Shown: piece by piece, positions 12,517-24,205 of the stretch | Layout: each line of letters begins with the position of its first letter | How positions within the stretch are numbered: the stretch's first letter is position 1 | Origin: Callorhinchus milii | Taxonomy: Eukaryota | DNA: 64,000 nt | Reading direction: 5' to 3' | Assembly (NCBI RefSeq): GCF_018977255.1 | Contig: NW_024704742.1 | Location: 96,412,001-96,476,000 of the forward strand | Program-made: the position numbers and the translations under genes | The notes under the pieces: model-generated | What the model was told of the DNA's origin: nothing | The model's database searches: none | The model's input: only the letters and a program-made list of their open reading frames with translations

Positions 12517-13954
12517 ATATAGCATTGTAGTGAAACCAATTTCAACTCAGTTCAGAAATGAGCAAAAGGACAATCTAGTTTAACTACAACAATTTTACCT
12601 TTCCCATTGGAGGATGTCTCAAAGTATCTCAGAACTGGATCAAAAAGCTTCAAAAAGCTTTGGCCTTCTCTTCCTATCATTCTGCCATGTTAACAGGGGA
12701 GACAAGAGCCTTTGGTGTTTATTTAATTTTTGTTGTACGCTCAGAGGAAAGCTCCTTCAAACTTCCCATGTAACAATTACAAATGGTTGTACATGATTAG
12801 ATAGATATTATTGTTGTGATATTGATATTGAGTTTACATGCACAAAATAAACTAGAAACCCTTGGGCTAGTTTCCATTCAGTGTAGGCTGTACACTGCAG
12901 TTTAGGTCATGATGTAAATCTACTTAAAAGATCCCTCTGGTGCATCCCATCAAATGGCTTTCTGAAAGAAAGAGCAGGCATACAAAAGACAGTCAATATC
13001 TATAAACAGAGTATGGTTTTGTTCATTGTTAGTTGCTCTCTGCCGTCTCAACAAATCCCTCTTATTTTTTTCAGTTTGGCGGAACTGATGTCTCTGGCTG
13101 AGACAAATGCATTGATTTTAGCAGAACAGTATTAGTGGCACACACTAAGCATTTTGTTGGCTTAACTCCCATCTCTAAACTTACTTCAGTGGACGACTGC
13201 TACACCCCTTAAATGCATCAATGCTCATTAAGCACTGCATCTAAAGGGCATAAGAGTGATCAGAATTGCATAGATGACCTGTATTGCTCAGCTGATTGTA
13301 GCATTATTGCTGCCAGCTTAGGAAGCTGTAGCTTCAGAACAGTATTACATAGACCAAGAAGCACAAGATTAAGGACCTGACAAAAGGGGTTGCCATTTGG
13401 ACCATGATCTTATCAAATATGGCAATAATTCTAAAGTATCTAGTACAACAGCCTGTTACCACCAGGCTGTTAAACTAGCAAAACATTTTGAGGCTGGAAA
13501 GCTCTCCCTGCAAAGATGAAATAAATAACATTAGGTAATCAGTATTGATCTAAGGAAACAATAGGTTAAGTAAGTATGGTGTTTTGTGGGATAAATTGGC
13601 ATTTAATATCCAAATGGCAGTAAGGGAAAGCCTGGCTCACTCACCGTCCATGTCCAATTGGCATAGAACTTTGGAAATATCCAATTTTTTATCTTTGATT
13701 TCTCAGGAACAAAGAGGTAAATTGATTAGGTCTTATTTTTAAGATGCAATTATTTTATGACCGAGTTTAGAAGGTCAAAATATTTGAATTTGTTTTGCTA
13801 AATGAGCTTTTGTCCGGATATAATTGATATAATTACTGTTCTTATGGTGCCTCAATTATATCACCAAGTATATTGGTGATATAATTGAGGTACCATAAGA
13901 ACAGTGATTGATTCTGTTCCAGCACATGAACATTCTCTGTCTGTAATAGTAATA

Positions 13955-14250
13955 ATACTAATAACAATAACCCTTCCATTTGGTAGAACGTCATTCACAT
14001 CTGGAGGACGTCCCAAAGTGCTTCACAGAATATACTGTAAAATGGAATGACTGTGTTTGTGGGCAAAATTCGGCAACCAACTTGGACATAGCAATGTCCC
14101 ACAAACAGCCATGAAACTAATTACCAATTTTATTGGGGGATTGTGAGCCAGGACACTAGAAGAAACTCCCTTCTCTTTTATGTAGTGGATCTGAATGTCC
14201 ACCTGAACAGGCAGACAGGATCTCAGTTAATATCTCATCCAAAGGGCAGT
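13955..14250 (-). mobile_element. Deu-domain-like SINE 3' part
   Basis: Tail GGAGGACGTCCCAAAG, body, then GTCCACCTGAACAGGCAGAC..ATCTCATCCAAAGG. Confidence 0.72.
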
Positions 14251-14944
14251 GTATGGTGGCAAAATTAAAAATGAACAGTGTGAAAATGATAAGGAATAAT
14301 AGAGGTTGCCATGCATTATTCACCATTTGCATGTAACAGAGCTGAAAACTGCTCTTAAAAAGCAACAAAAAGTACAATTGAAAACAATTGATGACAGATT
14401 GTTCTTTTAGGCACAAATATGGATATTCAAACACTTTGAGCTTTGCCATCATGGATTTGACTGCCAAGTCTGACATACCCACTGGAATAGAGCAAAGACC
14501 GCACCTGCACAACTATGAGAGTTGTAATATTTACCAACAAAACAATGCATATCAGAGAAAGGCTTGCAGCTTTCTGTTCAACACTGAAATGTAATGGGTT
14601 TTCATGAATAGAGATTCTTCTTAACAAATCCTAAACCTTTTTAGGCATAATTTAAAAAAATTGTGCCTAATGCTTGAACAAGCAAAGAACATATGCATAT
14701 GTGAACAACCAAGTAATGAAACCTTTCGCAGCAGTTCAGGTAGACTCTCAGTGCTGGACATGATGAAGGAATCCATGTGTGGCATGCTTCATAAGTTGCT
14801 TACTACTGTAACTCAAAGTCAACACATTTGCAAAACAGAAGTGCAATGGTGAGGTTGGGTAAGGTGGAGGAGGTAATTGGATATCAAAAAAAGGTGCTAT
14901 GTTGTGGATCTATGGAAGAGTTTACTTATAGTTTGCTCATGTTA

Positions 14945-15615
14945 ATGTCAACTTGCATTTATATAGTTTCCTCCACCCCGGGCGCATCCCAGAGCGCTTA
15001 ACAGTGCCAAGCCTGGGGAGGGGGAAGGTCACCATAGGCATAGTCAAAGAGAAAGGTCTTCAAGAGCAACCTGAAAATGGGGAAAGAGGGGGCAAGGTGA
15101 AGGGATTGAGGGAGGGAGTTCCATAGCTTCGGGGCGTAGTGGCTAAAGGCATGGCCACCGATGGTGGAGTGGAGGATTTGACAGACAAGAAGGAGGCTGG
15201 AGCCAGTAGAGTGGAGGCAGCGGGTAGTGCTGTGAGGAGAGAGGAGTTTGAAAGATAGGGTGGTGCCAAGGCATGGAGGGATTTAAACACTAGAGTGAGG
15301 ATCTTGAAGTTGGTTCGCTCAGGAAGCCAGTGGAGTTTGGCAAGGACTGGGATAATCCGGATGCAGAGTTTAGTGTGGGTGAGAATGTGGGTGGCTGAGT
15401 TTTGGATGAGTTGAATTTTGTGAGTAGTTGTGGAGAGTAGACTGGCGAAGAGGGCATTTGAGTAGTCCAGCCAAGGGGTGACAAAAGCATGGACAAAAGT
15501 TTCGGCACTTGTGGAGTGAGGTATTGGCGGAGATGGGCAATATAGCAGAGGTGGAGGAAAGCAGTCTTGGTCAGGGACCGGATGTGGGGAAGGAAGGATA
15601 ATTGGTGATCTACCA
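14945..15615 (-). mobile_element. L2 LINE 3' fragment (second subfamily)
   Basis: AETFVHAFVTPWLDYSNAL..QLIQNSA..LHWLP..FKILTLVFKSLHALAPPYLS. Confidence 0.93.
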
Positions 15616-16296
15616 ATGGGCATATGTCAGTCCAATTCATGGGATGTCTTAGATAGAGATATTGAATGGATACATACTCACATAATTCAACACTTCCACT
15701 TTGGAGTGAAATGTGAGACATTTCATATAGATTCAATGCCATGATTCTCACATCGAATCTGATATGAAACAATTGAATCTGGCAACAATAATAATCAGTT
15801 GATTTCAGATCTAAATGCTAAAACAGTTTAGAGCCAAAGGTTTGCGCCACTGAAGCCATTTGAAAAATGTTGTCAGCCAGGTCGGATTTGAGCAAACCAC
15901 TGAAATGGTTACAAGAAGAAAGACCTCCAGTTTGTCACTTACTGAAAGGACAAAGCGGCAGTGCTGGACAGGAAATAAATTTCGAAAATTCAAACCTTCA
16001 GGTTTCAGATATTGCTAATTCCAGCATTGTGGAAGAACGGCCTGTGCACGAGAGATCGCCCGGTGAGAATAGTAGTAGTGATTCAGAGCAAGAGTTTCTT
16101 TCCACTATCCTTTTGAGAGAAAGATGCAATTCTAAGACTTCAGAACATAAGCTGCACAAAAAAAAAAGGCAAAGCTAGAAAAACTGAAAGAAATGATCCA
16201 ATGGCAAAACATAAAGAAGAAGATCACACAGTTTGAAAAGTTACCGAACAATTGAAGAAATGCCAAATTAATAATGCTGAGGAACCAGATACTAGA

Positions 16297-16626
16297 TTAA
16301 TAATAATAATAATAATAATCCTTGCATTTGATATAGCGCTTTTCACGTCGGGAGGACGTCCCAAAGCGCTTCACAGAATACACTGTAAAGTGAATTAACT
16401 GTATATTTGTGGGCGAACGCGGCAGCCATTGCGCACAGCAATGTCCCACAAACAGTCGTAGATTGAAAATGACCAATTTATTATTGTTTTTGGTTTTGGA
16501 GGGATTATTATTAGGCTCTGTGTGGAGTAAGGAAACTTGCCCAAGGTTTCGCCCTCTGCCTGGAATTGAACTCAGGTCTCTCGCTTGCAAAGCGAGTGCT
16601 CTAACCACTGAGCTACAGGACTCCAC
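16297..16626 (-). mobile_element. tRNA-Ala-derived SINE, short form, full length, inserted in the RPAP2 retrocopy
   Basis: The reverse strand reads GTGGAGTCCTGTAGCTCAGTGGTTAGAGCACTCGCTTTGCAAGCGAG..GAGTTCAATTCC (A/B boxes, TGC anticodon loop), then the body, an L2-like 3' stem-loop and an (ATT)n tail. Confidence 0.95.
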
Positions 16627-17704
16627 AATTGAGACTGTCTCAAAGTACACAAAACAATTGAGATTGTCTCAAAGTACACAAAACACACAGTTGGCTTCTA
16701 AGCCAGAGGAATCTACACCTCCAATGTCTTCACAGAAAGTCATGGGAAAAGATCAAGCTACTGTTGTGCCTGGAAATTTTACTACGCAAGGTCTAAGCAA
16801 GAAGGGTGCTGCTTCACTGAAAATGCTGATAGCAAAATCAAAATATCCTAGTTCAGGAAGGCACACTTACAAGGTGGATCGATCTGTGAAAACTGATATA
16901 TTGGATTTGCTAAGACAAGCACTAACTGAATGGAATACAGAAGAAACATTAATATTTCTTTACGGTTCTAATTTCAAGTGCAAAACACTAGAATCGAACG
17001 AGTCAAGCCAAGTGACTTGTGTGAGTAAGCAAGAACTTGATGAAGATGACTTGGACAATCTAGAGGCAATTGAAATTGGAGATCCTAATCAGAATTCCAG
17101 AAATGATAATAGTTTGAGACAATGTCCTCCATCCCAAGGGTCAGCGACTAATGTTGGACCACTCCCAGATATGGAACGACTGAAGCCGGAATCTGAATGC
17201 CTTCACCTGAAAATCAGAGAATTTTATAAGGGGCGGTATGTTTTATCTGAAGACATTGATGGCAATACTGAAGAACATTTGGAATCCATAAATTATAAAC
17301 ACAGAAAAGAAAACCCGGTTCTTCCATTGGTGGATTCCAATGCCCAGCACCAGATCAGAAGACGATTTGTTGTGGAAAAACTTAAAAAAGCTTTACCTGA
17401 CATATTGGGGCCTCTTCGACTTACAATGTGTGACATTTCTCCTGAGCTAAACAGACTTGTAAAAACATTCAGGCTAACAAACACAAATATCCTTCACCGA
17501 CCCTCCCAATGGACCCTAATCGCTATTGTGCTGCTTGCAGTACTGTCAGTGAAGATTCCACTTCTTCAGGAGACTCTGCAGAGTGTGACCTCAGAAATGT
17601 TCATATCTACTTTTCTGCAAGAATTTGATGCCCAGATTGAAGACCTGGAAAATTTGAAGAACATCTTCAAATACCATGAGAAGAATGGTGTGGGGGGTCT
17701 GTAA
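16469..17704 (+). CDS. Hypothetical chimeric ORF (411 aa from the first ATG): antisense-SINE-derived N-terminus fused to the RPAP2 C-terminal 349 aa
   Basis: Open frame from ATG 16469 (A at -3) to TAA 17702-17704. No evidence of expression is available from the sequence. Confidence 0.2.
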   Translation: MTNLLLFLVLEGLLLGSVWSKETCPRFRPLPGIELRSLACKASALTTELQDSTIETVSKYTKQLRLSQSTQNTQLASKPEESTPPMSSQKVMGKDQATVVPGNFTTQGLSKKGAASLKMLIAKSKYPSSGRHTYKVDRSVKTDILDLLRQALTEWNTEETLIFLYGSNFKCKTLESNESSQVTCVSKQELDEDDLDNLEAIEIGDPNQNSRNDNSLRQCPPSQGSATNVGPLPDMERLKPESECLHLKIREFYKGRYVLSEDIDGNTEEHLESINYKHRKENPVLPLVDSNAQHQIRRRFVVEKLKKALPDILGPLRLTMCDISPELNRLVKTFRLTNTNILHRPSQWTLIAIVLLAVLSVKIPLLQETLQSVTSEMFISTFLQEFDAQIEDLENLKNIFKYHEKNGVGGL

Positions 17705-17737
17705 AACAAAAGTACAATTACATCTTGTAATTGAGTC

Positions 17738-18059
17738 GTGGAATCCTGTAGCTCAGTGGTTAGAGCACTCGCTTTGCAAGCGAGAGACCTGAGTTCAATT
17801 CCAGGCAGAGGGCGAAACCTTGGGCAAGTTTCCTTACTCCGCACGCCTAATAATATTTCCTCCAAAACCAAAAACAATAATAAATTGGTCATTTTCAATC
17901 TACGACTGTTTGTGGGACATTGCTGTACGCAATTGGCTGCTGCGTTCGCCCACAAATAGGCAGTCAATTCACTTTACAGTGTCTTCTGTGAAGCGCTTTG
18001 GGACATCCTCCCGACGTGAAAAGCGCTATATCAAATGCAAGGATTATTATTATTATTAT
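17738..18059 (+). mobile_element. tRNA-Ala-derived SINE, short form, full length
   Basis: Same head, body and tail as the 16297-16626 copy; starts 33 bp after the RPAP2 stop codon. Confidence 0.95.
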
Positions 18060-19448
18060 AAATGTACATTTTTCCAAACTTAGAGGCAGAAACTGCATTT
18101 ACAGGAGTCAAGCAGCTGTCTTATTTTTAATTGATGAACTCCGTTAGTAAAACTGAAAGTGTAAGTGTACAGAATTTTTATCAGGAATCATCAGGACTGC
18201 TGAGATCTTTGGGTCTCTGACTTCAGATCTAAAGAATAATACAGTGAGCTTCATCAACTAAAGATAGGAAAGCGGATTAACTCAGTGGGTGTGCACTATC
18301 TTATATGAATAAGAAGAATTTTACTCATCACAAGCCTAAAATTCCTTCCCCTCCTGCCACCATCCCTGTAACTTCAGCACAATGTTAGAATCAGAGAGAA
18401 ACCTGATTTAAAAATCTTATTTCTGGACTTCTGAGCGCCGTTTCAACATTTCAGTGCCACATATCAGGAAACCAAACTGAACAAATATCAAATTCTTTGT
18501 AATACGCTTTACTGGCGATCTGCCTTGATAACAGGAGGTCATCAGAAGCTATCCCAATCCAAGATGGTATCTGAGGGAGCTGGGGCCCTCAGGAGCAGAA
18601 TGACAAGAGGACTTGATTGATAGGTCAGTTATCACCAGCCTAAATATAAAGAATGAAATTTGCAGTGTTCCTAAATGTATTCCTTGTGTTATTATAGCCA
18701 CAAACATTATCCCACTTATTCATGATAAAACTCCAATTTCTCTCCTTTTTTAGAATCCTATAATATTGTACCATAATGTTACAGCACAGGAACAAGCTAC
18801 TCAGTCAAACATCTCTACAATGGGGTTTTCTCCACATGGGTCATCTAATCTGATCCCACTCTCCTGCTTGCTTCCCATACCCATCATGTTTCCTGCTCTT
18901 CAAGCATCTGTTTAATTCCCTTTTAAAAGGATTAATGAATTGACTCTTGCATTCTTGCTTTTCCAACTACAGATTGCAGACTGACAATCCGCATTTCATG
19001 CTTCTGCCAATGGGCATCAGCGATTAGCTCTGCCCTCTGACAGCTACAAACTGAATAGATGAAATCTTCTTTAATGTTCTTCCAAGAATTTGGGCTTCTG
19101 ATGAACTAATCAGGCTAAACATCTTCAAAATAAAACTGCTCAAAAGATTTTTGATCAATTGATATAAACAATTCAAAAATAAATGTTTCTTTTGCTACCA
19201 CATGTACTCCCAATTGCAGCAGTGTAAAGCTAGCCACATGGTATGAAAGTTGGTGTTAGGATGTGCTTTGCATATCCATTATATACAGTACATTTATTTT
19301 TGCAAACTATTAGAATGCAAAGTGTATACTAGGTGGTATCTATCGATCTGGGCCTCTCTGAGTGTCAGATAAATGAATGCTGGCACTTGTATCACCAACG
19401 TTGCTTATCCTAGACTCACACTGGCACCTCAGTTACAGGAGGTATTTA

Positions 19449-19665
19449 TATAATAATAATAATAATAATCCTTGCATTTGATATAGCGCTTTTCACGTCG
19501 GGAGGACGTCCCAAAGCGCTTCACAGAATAGACTGTAAAGTGAATTGACTGTATATTTGTGGGCGAACGCGGCAGCCAATTGCGCACAGCAATGTCCCAC
19601 AAACAGTCGTAGATTGAAAATGACCAATTTATTATTGTTTTATTTTGGAGGGATTATTATTAGAC
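19449..19665 (-). mobile_element. 5'-truncated copy of the tRNA-Ala SINE with a 9-bp target-site duplication
   Basis: 3' two-thirds of the SINE, flanked by AGGTATTTA at 19440-19448 and 19666-19674. Confidence 0.9.
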
Positions 19666-20704
19666 AGGTATTTAACTTCCACAACTATTGAATTAATACT
19701 GAAGACAAAAGTATGGTGCCAGAGTTGAGTGAATAATCAGGTTGCATCTCAACATACATGGTATATCTCAAGAAAAATAGTCTAAAAGGTTCAGTCAGCA
19801 CAGTTAATATGGATTGACTGCTAGAAAAATTGAGTCAAGATTTTTCTGACTGTCCAATTTCAGGGGGGCATTTGTCAATGAATAGAGGGTGAGGAGAGGA
19901 AATAAATTAAAGTCTAAGTGATCCAAATGCTAGCCATAGTGTCATGAAAATATTTGACAGGGTTAAAATTTATAACTGAAGCAGACTTGAGAAAAATGTA
20001 AACACATTTTCATTTCGGTGATAGCAGGCTCCGGAATGCCCAAAGTATTTACTAACAATTCTCACATTCCTGTTCCTCTATCAGTTTGTGCTTTTGAGGA
20101 TTTTTGACAGTATCCAGAAAAATGAAAACACTGTGAGCGCTTGTTATTGCAAACTGGTGAGGAATGGTCAATATAGCTCTTATCAGGGGTGGGCTTTATC
20201 AGCACTACGGCTCCTCTCTTCTCTAACCTACAATGATGCTTCAGCCAGAACTATAAGGTGCGTTTGTCATATCAAGGCTTTGTGGTAATAGGATTGACTG
20301 TAAAGAGGCTGAACTCTGCTTGGATCTTTAAAGCATTTTACATTTCAAACTAGTCTGGAGTAAATAACAGGATTGAAAAGCATCTCATTTATTGGTGGGA
20401 ATTTTCAACTTTAATATGTAAACCCGCATACCCCTGTTCAAATGTGGTTTATCCTAATGTTCTGTGTCTCTAGAACATAGTTTGGATTGTTTTATTGCAT
20501 AATTTTATGCTTCTTATTTTGGTGTGGGTGCTTTGAAGAGATAGAACATTTGTGACAGTCAGTAGACAGAGTAAAGCTATGTTTCACCACAAAGATTACC
20601 GCTTTGCAGTAATTACTATCAATCCCATTTCTATCAATTGGAAGAATGTGAGCTGGGTGAGAGGATCAAGTTAACTCATTCATACCACCACTGAGACCCA
20701 GAAA

Positions 20705-21045
20705 ACTAATCCTTGCATTTTTTGATATAGTGCCTTATCACATCACAGACATCTCAAAGCACTTCATGGAAGATATTGTAAAGTGAATTGACTGTATTTT
20801 GTGGCAGGCAATTGCATACAGCAATGTCCCGGAAGCTATGGATTGAGTGAACAATTTTTTTTGGCGGGGATTACTCATGGAAAGCAATCTGTCAATTAAC
20901 TAACAGAGGGATCCTACTTACTGCTTGATAAAAAGAGGGAAGTGGAATAAGGAAACTTGCCTAAGGTTTTGCCCTACCCGAGAATCAAACCCAGGTCCTC
21001 TCACTTGCAAGGTGAGTGCGCTAACTACTATGCTTCGGGATTCCA
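20705..21045 (-). mobile_element. Diverged long-form tRNA-Ala SINE
   Basis: Degenerate head, internal segment and tail, recognisable against the other copies. Confidence 0.85.
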
Positions 21046-21429
21046 AAATATTTTTGGGTACACTGAGACAGCTGAAGTAGGTTTAGAGTTAGAAAGAGCA
21101 ATTTCAAGACATATACCAAAAAAAATTATTTACACAGAGGATATTAAGAACTAGAACAAATTACTGGGAAGGGTGGTTGAGGCCAGGACACTGAACTCAA
21201 TTAAAAAACACCTTGGTGCTGTAATAAGAAGACATTAGGTTGGATATTCTGGAAGACTCGATCCAAATGGACCTTCTTTACTGGATCTTGTGAACTTGTG
21301 AACTCAGTCCAGAAGGGACTAAATCTACTATTTCTTAATAAATTGAATGTAATAATTACGACCTGTGATATCACTCTTTTATCTCCATTGCAGATCGATC
21401 CACAGAAGTACTGATTACTAGGATGAAAC

Positions 21430-21872
21430 CAGGCTGATAGGTGATATTATCAGATAGACTGGATAGGTTAGGCCTTTTCTCGCTAGAGAACAGATATTTA
21501 AGAGGGGACCAAATAGAGGTGTTTAAAATTATGAAAAAGCTTGATAAGATTAGCATAAGTAGGCAGTTCCCAATTGTTGGGGACTCTGTAATTAAGGGAC
21601 ACAAGTATAAGATAGCGCCTAGGGGATCTAAAAGAGAATTTAGGAGGAACTACTTCATAAGAAGGGTAGTGAGAATGCTTAAAGCAGCAGTTGTAACAGA
21701 TAGAAAATATATATTAAGAGATAACTAGATGCACATTGATGTAAAAGGTATGGAAGGATATGAGAGGGAGAAGGTGTAAATATACTCATGGGAGTACAAA
21801 CACAGGCACAGACTGGTTGGGCCAAATGACCTATTTCCATGCTGTACAGTCTATGTAAATCTATGTAAATGT
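21430..21872 (+). mobile_element. CR1-clade LINE 3' end
   Basis: LDRLGLFSLENRYLRGDQIEVFKIMK..GHKYKI..RRNYF; 3' UTR GGGCCAAATGACCTATTTCCATGCTGT; (TCTATGTAAA)2 tail. Confidence 0.9.
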
Positions 21873-22677
21873 GATGCTCTCCTTTACTACATGTATGCTA
21901 ATGATTCAGTGGAAGCATCCTGGTGACATAATGGACTGCAAAGAACCTTGGCTCTGAGGCTGGGCATTGAGATAGGCTTGTACTCTTTATAATAGACATA
22001 CAGCAAAAAATGTGCCAGGGAACTCAAATAGGTCTTAGTTGGAAATAAAAGATTCTTTTTCTTCCTTCGATGAAACTGGATGCAAAAACTGTGGTCAAAG
22101 TTTCCCGAGAGGAAGAAGACTAAAGGGAAATAAAGGATATCAGAGTTCATTAAACCAATATGACAACCATAAGAAATAATCAAAACTGGTGTCAATGCCA
22201 TCAGGAAAGGTGGTGTAATAAAAGCCTTTCTGCTAGCAGTAATGTTGTAGGGTAACATACATTGCAGATAATAGCCTCAGGACGCAAGACACTGAAAACT
22301 TTCATTCTTCAATTGCATTGCCAACTATTTTCAGCATGAGATTTGTTTTCTCCCAATCGCTGTTTTGCTGTTGGGAAATGTAACTATTTGTTGCCAGGAG
22401 TAACTGGGCTGTTTTACTGCCCATATACAGGGCTCCCAACTCTTCTGCATGAATCAGCAACATGGGGATCACATCTCTGCCCTGTACAGACCTTACCACT
22501 TGAATGGGAAAACAACAACAACAACTTGGATTTATATCGGACAGCGTCTCAGAGCGCTTCACAATAACGGATCCCGGGGCCGAGCCAGGGGGAGGTGCAA
22601 AATGCCCAGTCAGAACAAAAAGACACCTTTACCAGTTTCCCAACGGGGTGCTTTCAGCACTTATTTCTTTGTTAGGA

Positions 22678-22795
22678 AAATAATAATAATAATAATCCTT
22701 GCATTTGATATAGCGCTTTTCACTTCGGGGGGACGTCCCAAAGCGCTTCACAGAACACACTGTAAAGTGAATTGATTGTATATTTGTGGGCGAAA
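22678..22795 (-). mobile_element. 3' fragment of the tRNA-Ala SINE
   Basis: (TAA)n-TCCTTGCATTTGATATAGCGCTTTTCAC..GGACGTCCCAAAGCGCTTCACAG. Confidence 0.9.
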
Positions 22796-24205
22796 TAGAA
22801 ATAGGAGGAGGATATTCAACAAATGCAACCAGTTTTGCTTGTTATCACAATGTGACAGATCTTTTAATGCCATTTTCTGCCTTTTCTCCAATCCTCCTTA
22901 ATACTCTTCATTGTTGTGCACAATTCGGCTGCTGGGCTTGCCTACAAATACACAGTCACTTCATTTCACAGTAAATTCTGTGATGCGCTTTGGGATGTCC
23001 TCTCACATGAAAGGCATTACACCAAATGCAAGGATTATTATTGTTACCCTTTACTTCCTAAGTATCCCTCGTCCCCTTTCCTCTTAGCTTGGCGTCCAAA
23101 CTCACAACTGTGAAGCGCTCTGAAACATTATTCAATGTGAAGGGTGCTGTATAAATGCAAGCTATTGTTCCCAAGTATCTCACACTCTCTCTTTTAAATA
23201 GCCCAGCTGATTCGGCCTCTATGAACTTGTGTGGCAAAGTATTCCACAGCTATCACAAACATTCATTTGAATAAATATGTTCTGATCTTATATCTAAATT
23301 TAAGCTCAAATTTTAAGATTTCATTGTTACCAATGTTGTGGAATCTGCTCTATAGTTAAAATGGTTGAAGCAACTCCATAATAGAAACCTAGATTGGGTT
23401 TGTGTTGATCAAAGAATTAAGCCACAGATTCACCTTAGTGAGATGACAGTCAGTTCCACAGTCCATGCTTCATATGGTGAGTCTGGCATTACTTCCAGCT
23501 CAACAAGAAACCTTGACCTCAGGCAGAGGCAGATCCATTAAGAATCACTTTGTCAGCACATCAAACTTATCTGGTTTGAACTTCAGATTCTTTACTTTCA
23601 ATGAAATGTCAAGAGAAATCAATCCTGTAATCTAGCTGCTCAGTCTGAAATGTCAACTGTCACTGTCACTCTTGTTGGTGCCCAGCTAGAGCGGGATATG
23701 GGAAGATTTGGGAAACACCTGTGTACAATATCACACATAATAAAACCGGGGGTATAGCCAGAGAAATGCAGGCAGCTAGAGCAAGTTAGATCATCAGACT
23801 CTCTTTTGGAATGTACATGACAATTTTGAAAGGCAGGCTAATGGTGTCCAACAACACTAAAATTACTGAGAATAACAAATTTTCCATTCATTTGAAGCAC
23901 AGAATAAAGGTGTGTTGCAATACTGAACAGCACATGCTACACCTCACAATTGCATCCAGTCACCTGTTGATTGCAACATGTACTGTGCATTATTTTCTAG
24001 TATCAAGACACATTGCAAAATGTTGTCCACATTTTTCTCTTCCTGTTTGTGTCCTCATTTGTGAAAACTACTAGATATAAAACACAAGATAGCTAAGGTA
24101 TAGATAGCATCTTACCTTACTTACTCTGTCCAATGAGTTTTCTGCTTAAGGAAATTGGTTCTATGCCCCACTTATTCTGAACTGTTAGCATTGACTCAAT
24201 GCTCA

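Larger units (their letters stand above)
15888..17704 (+). pseudogene. RPAP2: Processed (intronless), 5'-truncated retrocopy of RPAP2 (RNA polymerase II-associated protein 2 / Rtr1 homologue)
   Basis: The translation matches vertebrate RPAP2 as I recall it: WLQEERPP..LLKGQSG..SSSDSEQEFLS; AKHKEEDHTV*KVTEQLKKC; LTEWNTEETLIFLYG; LPLVDSNAQHQIRRRFVVEKLKK..LVKTFRLTNTNILHRPSQWTLIAIVLL..EDLENL. It is contiguous with no introns and lacks the N-terminal Rtr1-type zinc-finger region. Lesions: +1 frameshift in the A10 run (16158-16167), in-frame TGA (16234-16236), and a SINE plus 29-bp duplication (16297-16654). The 5' boundary is approximate. Confidence 0.9.

Noticed and set aside
15867..17704. Functional RPAP2 gene
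   Set aside because: No introns, N-terminal domain missing, an in-frame TGA and a SINE insertion. The A10 frameshift alone could be a homopolymer sequencing error, but the other lesions remain.
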